Source: Candidatus Eiseniibacteriota bacterium (GTDB lineage: Bacteria > Eisenbacteria > RBG-16-71-46 > CAZAMP01). From it: a DNA stretch of 64,000 nt. This document shows, piece by piece, positions 1 to 9,886 of the stretch. The position numbers and the translations under genes were made by a program. The stretch covers positions 3,360,001 to 3,424,000 of the forward strand of contig OZ245046.1 in the NCBI GenBank assembly GCA_965224245.1. The letters run 5' to 3'. Numbering within the stretch: the stretch's first letter is position 1; each line of letters opens with the position of its first letter. The notes below the pieces were generated by a model. It was given only the letters and a program-made list of their open reading frames with translations. It was not told the origin of the DNA and ran no database searches.

Positions 1-1902
1 GACTCGGACCACGCGTACACGTGGTCCGGAGGATCGACGGACTGGAGCGCCGCGCGCGGCGCCTCGTACGGGTACGACGTCACGCACTACGACCTCGACC
101 TCGCGGTCGACTTCGGCGTCCCCGAGATCATTGCGACCGGCACGATGACGGTCACCATCACCGAGGCCGACCTCACGTCGCTCACCGTCGACCTGAACGA
201 CATGATGACGGTCACCGGCGTCACGGTGGACGGTCTGTCGCGTTTCTACACCACGGCCGAGGAGACGATCTCGATCACGCTCCCCTCGGCACCCGCGATC
301 GGCGCCGAGCTGGTGGTCGCGGTCTCGTATCGAGGCCGCCCGTCCGAGGTCGGGACCAAGTCGATGCGATTCCGGACACACGGCGGGATCCCGGTGGTCT
401 ACACCCTCAGCACGCCGTTCTCCAACGCGAGCGTGACCGTGATCCCGATCAGCCACTACTGGCGTCCCTGCAAGGACGACCCCACCGACAAGAGCACGTA
501 CTCGGCCTCGCTCACGGTGCCCGACACGATGACCGGCGTCACGAACGGCGTCATGATCAGCGAGACCGACAACCTCGACGGCACCAAGACCTTCGTCTGG
601 GAGCACGGCTATCCGATCGCGCCCTATCTGATCACGATCGGGATCACGAACTACGTCGAGATCACCGACACGTACGTCGGCGACACCCACACGCTCCCGA
701 TCTCGCACTACGCGTATCCGGAACTCGTGACCCAGGCCACGTCCGACTGGGCGCCCGTCACGTCGCATCTGGCCGCGTTCGAGGATCGGTTCGGGACGTT
801 TCCGTTCACCGGTGAGCGCTACGGCATGTACATGATCGAGCCGGGTCCGGCGGTGGAGCACCAGACCATGGTGTCGTACCCGCGCAACATCGTGGACGGC
901 TCGGGCGACTTCGAGTACATCGTCGCGCACGAGCTGGTGCACATGTGGTTCGGCGACGAGATCACGGTCGCCGACTGGAAGGACGTCTGGCTCTCCGAGG
1001 GCTTTGCGTCGTACGGGGAGGCGATCTACGAGGAGTCGGTGGGCGGTGCGACCGCGCTCCGCGACTACATGATGGCCATGGACGCGGGACCCTACGCGGG
1101 CACGATGTACGACCCGCCCTACGTGTGGCACGCCATCGTGTACGACAAGGGCGCATGGGTCCTGCACATGCTCCGGCACGTCCTCGGCGACGCCGGGTTC
1201 GACCAGCTCATCGCCGACTATCGCGCCGCGCACGCCGGCGGCAACGTGGTCACGACCGACTTCATCGCCGTGGCCGAGGGCGTCCACGGCAGCAGCCTCT
1301 CCTGGTTCTTCGATCCCTGGGTGTACGAGGAAGGCCGTCCGTCGTACGCGTACAGCTGGATCCCCGAGACGACCGCCGGGCTCGCGGTGTCGCTGACGCT
1401 GGATCAGGTCCAGTCGCTGGATCAGCCCACGTACACGATGCCGATCGACGTCGAGATCCAGACCGCGTCGGGCACCGAGCAGCACGTGATCATGAACGAC
1501 ATGCGATCGCAGTCGTTCTCGATCCCGGTCGGGGATACGCCGATCGCGGTGACGCTCGACCCGGGCCGCTGGATCCTGGGCTCGTTCGTCGAGGAGCCGG
1601 TCGGCGTCGCCACCGGACCGGCCGCGCCCTGGGGCGTGGATGCACCGGTCCCGAACCCCGCGTTCGGTGCGACGACGATCTCGTTCCTGACCGCGACGCC
1701 GGGGCGCGTGGCGGTCCGCGTCTTCGACGTCGCGGGACGCCACGTCCGGACGCTCACCAGCGAGGTGCTGTCGGCAGGACCGCACACGGTGACCTGGGAC
1801 GGTCGCGACCGTCACGGCGAGCCGGTGGCCGCGGGCTCGTATCGCGTTCGCCTCGTCGGACCCGACGGCGTTGACCACGCATCCGTGCTCGTGGTTCGCT
1901 GA
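1..1902 (+). CDS. M1 family zinc aminopeptidase with C-terminal FlgD-Ig/T9SS-CTD-like domain (5' partial)
   Basis: Frame is open from base 1 (…YGYDVTHYDLDLAVDF…, a typical M1 N-terminus). Motifs: HELVHMWFG…WLSEGFA (HEXXH-x18-E) and YDKGAWVLHMLR. Tail PNP…VRVFDVAGRHVRTL…VTWDGRD…GSYRVRL. Confidence 0.9.
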   Translation, partial: DSDHAYTWSGGSTDWSAARGASYGYDVTHYDLDLAVDFGVPEIIATGTMTVTITEADLTSLTVDLNDMMTVTGVTVDGLSRFYTTAEETISITLPSAPAIGAELVVAVSYRGRPSEVGTKSMRFRTHGGIPVVYTLSTPFSNASVTVIPISHYWRPCKDDPTDKSTYSASLTVPDTMTGVTNGVMISETDNLDGTKTFVWEHGYPIAPYLITIGITNYVEITDTYVGDTHTLPISHYAYPELVTQATSDWAPVTSHLAAFEDRFGTFPFTGERYGMYMIEPGPAVEHQTMVSYPRNIVDGSGDFEYIVAHELVHMWFGDEITVADWKDVWLSEGFASYGEAIYEESVGGATALRDYMMAMDAGPYAGTMYDPPYVWHAIVYDKGAWVLHMLRHVLGDAGFDQLIADYRAAHAGGNVVTTDFIAVAEGVHGSSLSWFFDPWVYEEGRPSYAYSWIPETTAGLAVSLTLDQVQSLDQPTYTMPIDVEIQTASGTEQHVIMNDMRSQSFSIPVGDTPIAVTLDPGRWILGSFVEEPVGVATGPAAPWGVDAPVPNPAFGATTISFLTATPGRVAVRVFDVAGRHVRTLTSEVLSAGPHTVTWDGRDRHGEPVAAGSYRVRLVGPDGVDHASVLVVR

Positions 1903-1913
1903 TCGTCCATCGG

Positions 1914-1938
1914 CCCGGCCGGCCCTCGGCCGGCCGGG
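1914..1938. terminator. Perfect 11-bp hairpin between convergent genes; possible bidirectional terminator
   Basis: CCCGGCCGGCC-CTC-GGCCGGCCGGG; no U tract. Confidence 0.45.
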
Positions 1939-3264
1939 TCAGCGACGTTCGCGTAGCGCGTCCTCGAGGTGGCGATAGGGCTCGGTCAGCTCACCCCGGT
2001 GCACGATCATCGCGCCGGCGATCTCGGGCGGCAGCGTGGAGACACCACCGGGCCCGGCGAAGGCGGGATCCTCCAGAGCGCGCGCCAGGTCGGGCATGAA
2101 CGGCGCCAGGGCGTCTCCGAAGGCGCGCGACGCGTCCACGGGAAGCTCGGCGGGCAGGAAGTCCACGGCCAGGATCACCGGACCGTTCCCGTCGATCCCC
2201 TCCTCGATCATCTCGGTGTCCACGTCGTACACGTAGACTGGGGCATCGGGCTCGGTCGCCTTCACCGTGAACTCGATCGCCCCCTCGATGTCGAGCGAGA
2301 CGTCTCCGATGACGCGGAGGCGGGGCGTGTCTCCCGAGTACAGCCGCGCCGCGGATTCGCGCGTCATGAGCCTCGGACAACCGGGCTCCCAGTACAGCGC
2401 GGTGATGAGAACCGTCAGCCAGGGAAGGTAGCGCTCGAACGTGGACTCGTGGCCGGCGGGATCGGCCAGGTAGCGCTCCCACGTGAACGGACCGCCGTCG
2501 CCGGGCGCGAGCCAGTCTCCGCCGTCGAACACGACCTGATAGACGCGACGGTCGATCGGCACCGAGCCCGGTCCCGCGAGGAGCTGGGCCGGCGTCAGGG
2601 TGCGCGCACCCAGCGCATTCAGGATCTCCTGCGCGCCGCCGGACACGCCGCCGGCGCCGGCGATGCCGATGACGAGCGGGCACAGCTCGGGCGGCAGTCC
2701 ATCCCGGGCGATGCGTTCGCCCGCGTCGCGGATCGCGTGCAGCGCATCGGCGAGGTCGTCGTACTGATGGGCCTGCCGGATTCGCTCGAACGGGTTCGGC
2801 GTTCCCTCCGACGCGAGTCGCCGCCCGAGCGCCCACAGCGAGTCGATCGTGCCCGCGAGGCCGGCGAAACGACTGAACCCGATCAGCCGCCGATCGGCCG
2901 CGTCCACGATGCGCTCGTAGTCGATCAGGGACGCGCCGCGATCGAGCAACGCGCGCAGCATCGGCATGCTCGTGGGCTGCCCCTTGATGGTGTGGGAGAA
3001 GAACGCGTACGTGGTGTCGGATCGGAACGCGTCGGGCGGGATCTCCTTCACCCCCAGCACGAGTGCGCAGCCGTCGAGTCGCTCGGAGAGCGTCGCGCCG
3101 GCGCGGACGTATGCCTCGTCGTCGAACGCGCGCTTGACGGACGGCTCGATCGCGATCGAGAGCCCGTGGTCCTGTACGAGCGCCTTGACGTGGCGAGGGG
3201 TCAGCGGCGCTCGGCGCTCCCAGTCACTCTTGGTCTCGCGTCGGATGCCGATCCGTAGGGTCAT
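1939..3264 (-). CDS. Lysine-ketoglutarate reductase/saccharopine dehydrogenase-like protein (AlaDh/PNT fold)
   Basis: MTLRIGIRRETKSDWERRAPLTP, LGVKEIP, FFSHTIKGQ, LIDYERI, GAGGVSGGA, AVDFLPAELP. The start overlaps the upstream stop (ATGA at 3261-3264). Confidence 0.85.
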   Translation of the reverse strand: MTLRIGIRRETKSDWERRAPLTPRHVKALVQDHGLSIAIEPSVKRAFDDEAYVRAGATLSERLDGCALVLGVKEIPPDAFRSDTTYAFFSHTIKGQPTSMPMLRALLDRGASLIDYERIVDAADRRLIGFSRFAGLAGTIDSLWALGRRLASEGTPNPFERIRQAHQYDDLADALHAIRDAGERIARDGLPPELCPLVIGIAGAGGVSGGAQEILNALGARTLTPAQLLAGPGSVPIDRRVYQVVFDGGDWLAPGDGGPFTWERYLADPAGHESTFERYLPWLTVLITALYWEPGCPRLMTRESAARLYSGDTPRLRVIGDVSLDIEGAIEFTVKATEPDAPVYVYDVDTEMIEEGIDGNGPVILAVDFLPAELPVDASRAFGDALAPFMPDLARALEDPAFAGPGGVSTLPPEIAGAMIVHRGELTEPYRHLEDALRERR

Positions 3265-5216
3265 CGGTTGTGGATCTCCAGGGGTTCGAAGCCGTCGGCC
3301 GGCTCGAAGCCCAGCACGCGTCCGAAGAACGTCAGCTGGGCCGCGAGGGCGCGGCGGATGTTGGGTCCTCGTTCGAATCCGTGGCCCTCGTCGTCGAAGG
3401 TCACGTACGCGTGCGGCAGGCCGCTCTCGGCCAGCGCGGCCACGATCGTCTCGGACTGCTCGGGAGGCACCACCCGATCCTCGAGACCCTGCAACAGGAT
3501 CACCGGACAGCGGATCTCGCCGGCCCGGTGCACGGGCGATCGCGCCACGTATCGGTCTCGCGTCTCGGGGTACGGCCCGACGAGCGACTCCAGGTAGCGC
3601 GACTCGAACTTGTGCGTGTCGCGGGCGAGTCGCTCGAGGTCGGCCACGCCGTACGCGCTCGCGCCGGCCGCGAACACGTCGCTCGAGACCAGTGCCGACA
3701 GCGTGGTGAACCCTCCGGCGCTGCCGCCCTTGATGACGAGGCGCGCGCCGTCCACGAGTCCGCGCCGCACCATGTCGAGCGCGGCGTTCACGCAGTCGGC
3801 GGTGTCGACGGTTCCCCACCGTCCGGTGAGCCGTTCCCGGTAGGCGCGCCCGTACCCGACGCTTCCCCCGTAGTTGACGTCGATCACGGCGAAGCCGCGG
3901 CTGGTCCAGAACTGAACCCCGAGATCGAACCCCGAGCTCGCCCGCGCAGTGGGACCGCCGTGACTGAGCACGATGAGCGGTGGCTTCTCGTCGGCGGGAC
4001 CGATCGCGTCGCGATTAGTGGGCCGGTAGAACCAGGCGTACGCGCTCTGGCCGCCGTCGGTGGGGAACTCCACCGCCTCGGGAACCGACACGTAGCCGGC
4101 ATCGATCGAGACCGAGAGACCCCGGCGCACCTCGATGATCTCCCGCTCTCGCAGGTCGAGGAGCACGACGGTCGGCGGACGATCGGGCGCCGCCCCGACG
4201 AACGCGAGTCGACCGCCCCCGTCACTGGTGAGGGTCGGGCCGTAGCCGAAGTTCGTGTACGGCAGGTCCAGGTCCTCGGTGGCGCCGTCGGGATCGATCA
4301 CCACGATGCGCTCCCGGTCGACGTCGTAGCGCACGGCCGCGATGCGCCCCTCGCCCACGAAGGCGAGCTGCGACAGACCGAAGACCCAAGGCGGATACCC
4401 GTGGTCGGCCGCCCGGGGCGCGATCGGCTCGATCTCACCGCGGTCCAGGGTCAGACGATGGAGGTTCCAGTACCCGGTTCGGTCCGAGACGAAGACGAGC
4501 GTGTCGTCGGTGATCCACGACGGCTGGAGGATCGACTCGCCGGTGCCTCCGGCCACGCGGCGGGCGCCGCGCAGCGTCCCTCGGCCGGTCCGCTCGGCGA
4601 CCCACAGCTCGCTCGCGTCCCACGGCATGTACGGATGATCCCAGACGATCCACGCGATCGCCCCGCCCGACGGGCTGACCGCCGGGGCCGCCACGAAGTC
4701 GTTCTCCGCCCACAGCACCCGGGGCGGCTCACCGCCGTCGGCCGGCACCTCCACGAGGGCATTCCGTACGTCGGGAGCGCCGTCGCGCGTGCGATGCGTC
4801 TCGCACACCGCGACCAGCGAGGCGCCATCGACCGGGACCAGATCCGCGAACCGATCGGCACGTGGTGACGGCGGGGCCGGCGTGATCGGGACCGCGGCGC
4901 CCGCGTCGAGCCGGTAGACCCGCTGATCGGTGTCCTCGACCACGAACGGAACGCCGTCGATCACGCAGTAGTCGCCACCGCCGTACTCGTGGCAGCGCGA
5001 CTTCACGCGGACGCCGTCGGGGGTCACCGACTCCACGGTGCCATCGGGGGTCCGGCGCCAGACCACGCCCCGCCCGGACTCCGCCGCCCGCGTCTCGCGC
5101 CAGTAGAGCGAGCCGCCGACCAGCCGGGGCAGGGACAGCCTCACCTCGTGCGTGGCGATCAGATCGGGCATGATCGGAGACGGCCAGCTCCCGTACGGGC
5201 GTTCGGTCGGCGTCAC
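3261..5216 (-). CDS. S9 family peptidase (dipeptidyl aminopeptidase/acylaminoacyl peptidase)
   Basis: PYGSWPSPI N-terminus, HGGPT, GGSAGG nucleophile, QGLEDRVVP, EGHGF. GTG start follows a GGAGG RBS. Confidence 0.92.
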   Translation of the reverse strand: MTPTERPYGSWPSPIMPDLIATHEVRLSLPRLVGGSLYWRETRAAESGRGVVWRRTPDGTVESVTPDGVRVKSRCHEYGGGDYCVIDGVPFVVEDTDQRVYRLDAGAAVPITPAPPSPRADRFADLVPVDGASLVAVCETHRTRDGAPDVRNALVEVPADGGEPPRVLWAENDFVAAPAVSPSGGAIAWIVWDHPYMPWDASELWVAERTGRGTLRGARRVAGGTGESILQPSWITDDTLVFVSDRTGYWNLHRLTLDRGEIEPIAPRAADHGYPPWVFGLSQLAFVGEGRIAAVRYDVDRERIVVIDPDGATEDLDLPYTNFGYGPTLTSDGGGRLAFVGAAPDRPPTVVLLDLREREIIEVRRGLSVSIDAGYVSVPEAVEFPTDGGQSAYAWFYRPTNRDAIGPADEKPPLIVLSHGGPTARASSGFDLGVQFWTSRGFAVIDVNYGGSVGYGRAYRERLTGRWGTVDTADCVNAALDMVRRGLVDGARLVIKGGSAGGFTTLSALVSSDVFAAGASAYGVADLERLARDTHKFESRYLESLVGPYPETRDRYVARSPVHRAGEIRCPVILLQGLEDRVVPPEQSETIVAALAESGLPHAYVTFDDEGHGFERGPNIRRALAAQLTFFGRVLGFEPADGFEPLEIHNR

Positions 5217-5303
5217 GACGTTCCTCCGGTTGAAGGCGACTGGGGATGGTACTTGCCCACTGGTGACTTCCGAAAGGCCCGTCGACGACCGACCGAGAGA
5301 GTC

Positions 5304-7004
5304 ATGCACCTCCTCCCCGGACCCCGGACCCGAACGCCGATCGGATTCCTGCTCGTCCTCGCCCTGGCCGGGGGGGCGCCGGCCCAGGCCGGCGGTCCCA
5401 TCCGCGTGCTCGCCCCACCGCCAGCCGTCCCGGCGCCCGGGATCCCCGTCTCGAGCGGCACCGGCTACGTGGGGCTCGCGGACCTCCCGCTCTCGGATCC
5501 CCGGCTGCGACAGCTCGAGGCGGCAATCGACTGCGGCTTCCTCCCCGAGGCCGTTCCGTCGATCTCGGGCACCACCGCGCGCGAGTGGGCCGAGCTGGAG
5601 TCTCTCGCGGCGGGCTTCCTCATCGGGTGCCCCGATGCCGACGGGCTCGTTCCCACCGTTCGCGGATCGGGCCACACGACCGCCCCGACCACGTCCGGCG
5701 CGGTCACGGCCGGGACCGCCGGGCGGACACCGCACGCGGCCCACGCGGGCGCCGGCACTCGCGCGGCCCCGCCGGACCCGGTGCGTCTCGCGCGTCTCGG
5801 ACCCACGGAGGTCGAGCTACGGGGTGCGCATCTCTTCGCCGGGGAAACCGGGACGCGCCGGTTCGCCGACGGCGACGAGATCGAGGAGGGTCTTCACGCG
5901 CGCACGCGAGGAAGCGTCGTGCTGGAGCCGACATCGTGGTCTCACGCGAGCGCGGAGCTCGTCGGGGGAGCGGGTCGGAGCGCCACGCGGCTTCTCGTCA
6001 CGCGCGCGGCCCTGACGCTGCGCGGCCGGGGGCTCCGCGTGACGCTGGGGCGCCAGCCGCGCTGGTGGGGACCGGGACGACTCAACGAGGTGCTCCTCAC
6101 CACCAATGCGCGCGCCGGCGACGGCATCGAGCTGGCCACCGACGGCGCGCTCTCGATCGGGGCCGCGGGCGCGATCCGGTCGGCGGTGTTTCTCAGCTAC
6201 CTCGACGACGGCGCGCGTCCGACGCCATACCCTCTCCTGTTCGGGCATCGTGTCGCCTGGAGACCGCGAGGCGTGGTCGAGCTCGGAGTCGAGCGCACGA
6301 TCATGCTGGGTGGCGCCGGCCGGTCCGAGCGCTACACGCCGGGTGACGTCCTCGACATCCTGGCCGGACGAGACGAGAACCGGGTCGACTACGAGGGCCA
6401 TCGCGACACCGATCAGAAGCTCGGTCTCGACATCACGCTTCGGCTGCCGATCCTGACGCGACTGGTGCCCGGCCTCCGGGGCTCCCGCGTCTTCTTTCGA
6501 TACGCGGGAGACGACGGGCTCGACGGGTGGCTGCCGACACGCGTGTCGCACCATTACGGTGCGGCGTTTCATCTCGACCGGACCCGGTTTACCGTGGAGT
6601 TTCTCGAGAACGTCGCCGGTGGGACCTGGTACTGGAACGACGAGTACCCGGCCGGCTACACCAACCGCGGCGACTTTCTGGGCACCGATCTGGGCGGGGA
6701 TGCGAAGAGCGGTCGCCTCCGCCTCGTGCGCGCGCTGACCCGGTCGGTGGGGCTTCGGGCCGAGCTGTTCGTCGACTCGCGCGGGCATCGGTACCACCAG
6801 GGAACGAGCGATCGCCCCGAGCCGGGCGCGCGTCGCGCGCTCTACGTCGAGGCCGGCATCGCGCTGGCCATCCGATCCCGCGCCGCCGACCGCGTCGTCG
6901 TGGAGTATCGGTTCCGCAATCCGCGCCACGGCTTCGCGTACGAGCGCGACGAGTCGCTGCCGCGGCATCTCGTCGTCGTCCGTCTGAGCGGCCTCGGAGG
7001 CTGA
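5304..7004 (+). CDS. Capsule assembly Wzi-family outer-membrane protein
   Basis: Signal-like N-terminus; GRQPRWWGPG…LLTTNAR, GHRVAWRP, GYTNRGDFLG; beta-strand-rich C-terminus. Confidence 0.7.
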   Translation: MHLLPGPRTRTPIGFLLVLALAGGAPAQAGGPIRVLAPPPAVPAPGIPVSSGTGYVGLADLPLSDPRLRQLEAAIDCGFLPEAVPSISGTTAREWAELESLAAGFLIGCPDADGLVPTVRGSGHTTAPTTSGAVTAGTAGRTPHAAHAGAGTRAAPPDPVRLARLGPTEVELRGAHLFAGETGTRRFADGDEIEEGLHARTRGSVVLEPTSWSHASAELVGGAGRSATRLLVTRAALTLRGRGLRVTLGRQPRWWGPGRLNEVLLTTNARAGDGIELATDGALSIGAAGAIRSAVFLSYLDDGARPTPYPLLFGHRVAWRPRGVVELGVERTIMLGGAGRSERYTPGDVLDILAGRDENRVDYEGHRDTDQKLGLDITLRLPILTRLVPGLRGSRVFFRYAGDDGLDGWLPTRVSHHYGAAFHLDRTRFTVEFLENVAGGTWYWNDEYPAGYTNRGDFLGTDLGGDAKSGRLRLVRALTRSVGLRAELFVDSRGHRYHQGTSDRPEPGARRALYVEAGIALAIRSRAADRVVVEYRFRNPRHGFAYERDESLPRHLVVVRLSGLGG

Positions 7005-7063
7005 CGGGCGCGCCGCGACCGATCGGACGCCGGTCGCCGTCGGGCGTCACCGTCAGTTTGAAG

Positions 7064-7092
7064 TTGCAAACCGGCCATTTGGGGTCTATGGT
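7064..7092 (+). promoter_or_regulatory. Sigma70-like promoter with no obvious downstream gene
   Basis: TTGCAA-17 nt-TATGGT. Confidence 0.45.
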
Positions 7093-7373
7093 TCGAGCAC
7101 TCCTACTCGAACGACCTACCTCGACCCGCTTGGGGGAATGTCACCGTGTGAACGGTCGGTGACGCCTCGGCGGGGCCCTCCGGATGCAGGACCCAACCGG
7201 ACTGCAAGACCGTTTTGTGTGGCGACTGTCACACGACGTGGAGAAAAGCAAAGTGCTCTGATCCGTGATGCCCAAGCGGTTTCTGCGGACCGGTGCTCGA
7301 TGCGGAACACGGCCCGACACAGAGGTGGCATCCCCCACCTGCCCGTGGTCACGTTCAGGCGCGTTGGGCGGCG

Positions 7374-8927
7374 TCAGGCCCTTCGCGCGTCGGAGCGGAA
7401 GCCCGCGGTGTGGATCCGGCGAACCGTCTCGATCGTGTCGGCCTCGTCGGCGCTCTTGTCGTCCCGGTAGCGACGGACGCGCGCGAACCTCAAGGCCACA
7501 CCGCCGGCGTACTGCGGGCTGGCCTGCACGTCGTTGAACGCGACCTCCACCACGAGCTCGGGCCGAACGTGCACGACGTGCCCCTCGCGTCCGATCTCGC
7601 GCGCGAGCAGCGCCTCGGTCTGCCACCGGAGAACGGCGTCCGTCAAGCCCTTGAACGTCTTCCCCAGCATGACGAAGCCACCGTGATCGGGATCGCGGGC
7701 GCCGAGATGCAGGTTCGAGAGCAGGCCCCTGCGGCGGCCGTGTCCCCACTCGGCCGCGAGCACGACGAGGTCGAGCGTGTGAACCGGCTTGAGCTTTCGC
7801 CACGCACCGCCACGACTGCCCGCCTCGTAGACCGCGGCGAGAGACTTGACCATGATCCCCTCGTGTCCGTCGGCCATTGCCCGCGACAGGAACGCGTCGG
7901 CCTCCGCCGGCGAGCCGGCTCGCACCCGTGGCACCAGACAGGACCCCGCGACGTCGGCAAGCGCCCGCTCGCGCCGCGCGAGCGGCTCGTCCAGGAGGTC
8001 GGTGCCGTCGGCGTGAAGGAGGTCGAAGAAGAACGGCGTCAATGGAAGGGTCCTGGCCATCTCGTCCACATCGAGGCGCCGGCCGAAACGCCGCATCGTC
8101 ACCTGAAACGGCTCGGGCGCGCCCCCCGCGCCCAGCGCGAGCACCTCGCCGTCGAGCAGCGCGCGCCGGAGCGGCAACGCTCGCGCCGCGGTCACGACCT
8201 CCGGGACCGCCGCCGTCACCTCGCGCAGGCGGCGCGAGTACACCCGGACCTCGTCGCCGTCCTTGTGCACCTGGATCCGCGCGCCGTCCAGCTTGTACTC
8301 GAGGAGCGCATCAGCGGCGTCGTCCAGCGCCGTGTCCAGCGCCTCGGCGGGCTGGGCCAGCATCGGCTGGATCGGACGGAAGAGCTCGAGCCCGAACGCA
8401 CCCAGCGCCGCCACGCCACGCGTGAGCGCCGCGTGCGCGACGGTGGCCACGTCGCCGGTGACCGACACCGCCCGGCGAATGCGAGATGCGTCCGTGCCGC
8501 AGGCTCTCGCGACCGCTTCCACCATGATCCCGTCGAGCGCGCCCTGCCTCAGCTCACCGAGGACGAGGCGCGTCACGAACTCCTGCTCGCGGGTCGTGGC
8601 CTGCCGGAACAGGGCGTGGACCAGTCGGACACGTTCAGCCGACGACCCTTTCCCCGAGACCGAGGTGATCGCGTCGAACGCCTGATGGAGCTCGGTGATC
8701 GAGAGCGAGGGCGACTCCGCGGCCGGCACCTCGCGCGCCCCGGCCAGCGTGGCCGGACCCAGCCCGATCCGACCCTGCGGAAGACGTGCGCTCAGGTACG
8801 AGACCACCTGCCCGAGCTCGTGGGGCGCGGCCCGGCGAAGAAGCGAGGCCAGACGGTCGATCTTCTCCAGACGGCCGGACCGGCTCCCCACCGCCTCGTG
8901 GATCTCGACCAGTTCGATGAGCTGCAT
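7374..8927 (-). CDS. ligB: ATP-dependent DNA ligase (LigB/archaeal-like)
   Basis: PMLAQ, EYKLDGARIQVH (KxDG), LDGE, EGIMVK, WRKLK, ALRFARVRRYRDDK. Confidence 0.92.
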   Translation of the reverse strand: MQLIELVEIHEAVGSRSGRLEKIDRLASLLRRAAPHELGQVVSYLSARLPQGRIGLGPATLAGAREVPAAESPSLSITELHQAFDAITSVSGKGSSAERVRLVHALFRQATTREQEFVTRLVLGELRQGALDGIMVEAVARACGTDASRIRRAVSVTGDVATVAHAALTRGVAALGAFGLELFRPIQPMLAQPAEALDTALDDAADALLEYKLDGARIQVHKDGDEVRVYSRRLREVTAAVPEVVTAARALPLRRALLDGEVLALGAGGAPEPFQVTMRRFGRRLDVDEMARTLPLTPFFFDLLHADGTDLLDEPLARRERALADVAGSCLVPRVRAGSPAEADAFLSRAMADGHEGIMVKSLAAVYEAGSRGGAWRKLKPVHTLDLVVLAAEWGHGRRRGLLSNLHLGARDPDHGGFVMLGKTFKGLTDAVLRWQTEALLAREIGREGHVVHVRPELVVEVAFNDVQASPQYAGGVALRFARVRRYRDDKSADEADTIETVRRIHTAGFRSDARRA

Positions 8928-9011
8928 CGTCGGCTTTCCGCAACGAGAACGCCCGCCCCGCGGGACACCGCCGGGCGGGCGACTCCACCGATCCGACCGG
9001 CTCCGAGGAGA

Positions 9012-9617
9012 TTACCGGTACAGGTCCTTGATCGTCGACCACGACGCGTTGCGGACCGGTACCGCGTCGTTCCGGACGACCTCGACGTCCGTGGTGTAGA
9101 CGTAGTCGCCGGGCGTGCCACCGTCGAAGTTGGCCGCGTTGCCGGCGACAAAGAACCGGACCGTCCCCTCCGCCGGCGCCGTCCACTGGAAGCTCCACGA
9201 CACCGGGCCGTCCGACGTGCCCGCGAACGTCCCCTCGGACGTCTGCTTGACGAAGTCACGGTCGCCGAAGTCGGAGAGCTGCGTGTTGGTCGCGTCGGTG
9301 ATCGCGAACGAGCCGATGCGGTTGTCGTCGGGACCGACCGCGGTGATCTCGAAGCCCCAGCGCATCTGCCCCGGATCGTCGAGAACGACGCTCAGGTCGT
9401 AGGTCACACCGGCATCGTACGCCTCCGGCAGTCCCTCGATGGTCAGCGTGCCGTCGCCGGAGTTCAGAGGAAACGAGCTGTGGCACAGCACGCACGTGTC
9501 GTCGAAGGGCGGGTTGCCGGCATAGTCGTCCGGCGGGCCGCTGGAGAACGCGAGCGCGGACGCGGCGCACACGATCGACGCGGTCGACACGAGCGTGAAC
9601 CTGGTAACGATCTGCAT
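9012..9617 (-). CDS. Secreted Reeler-like (choice-of-anchor V type) protein with short C-terminal tail
   Basis: Signal peptide …ALA|FSSGPP; TCVLCH; WGFEIT; WSFQWTAP; GNAAN; ends VPVRNASWSTIKDLYR. Confidence 0.75.
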   Translation of the reverse strand: MQIVTRFTLVSTASIVCAASALAFSSGPPDDYAGNPPFDDTCVLCHSSFPLNSGDGTLTIEGLPEAYDAGVTYDLSVVLDDPGQMRWGFEITAVGPDDNRIGSFAITDATNTQLSDFGDRDFVKQTSEGTFAGTSDGPVSWSFQWTAPAEGTVRFFVAGNAANFDGGTPGDYVYTTDVEVVRNDAVPVRNASWSTIKDLYR

Positions 9618-9886
9618 GGGGATCCTCCGACGACGTGGTGTCCAAGGTTGAGCAAACGAGGAAGGTCGCCTCGACAGCGACGACCGGACGATTATCGCAC
9701 AGGCCGGTGTTTTCGATCACGTGGTCAGCGCTCGAACCCGGTCCGCGAGACGCTACGGGATTCTACCTCGTCGCGATCCCGCGCGTGCCCCGAAACTCTG
9801 GACAGCGAAGGACTTCGGGGCGCGCGGATCTGCGCCCCGGAGGGGAGCCCCGACGCAGGGGGCGGCTCATCTCGATCGGTGTTCGA

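Noticed and set aside
9470-9500. CVLCH as a c-type heme site
   Set aside because: CxxCH is a common N-terminal motif of this Reeler-like family; no distal ligand or cytochrome context is evident.
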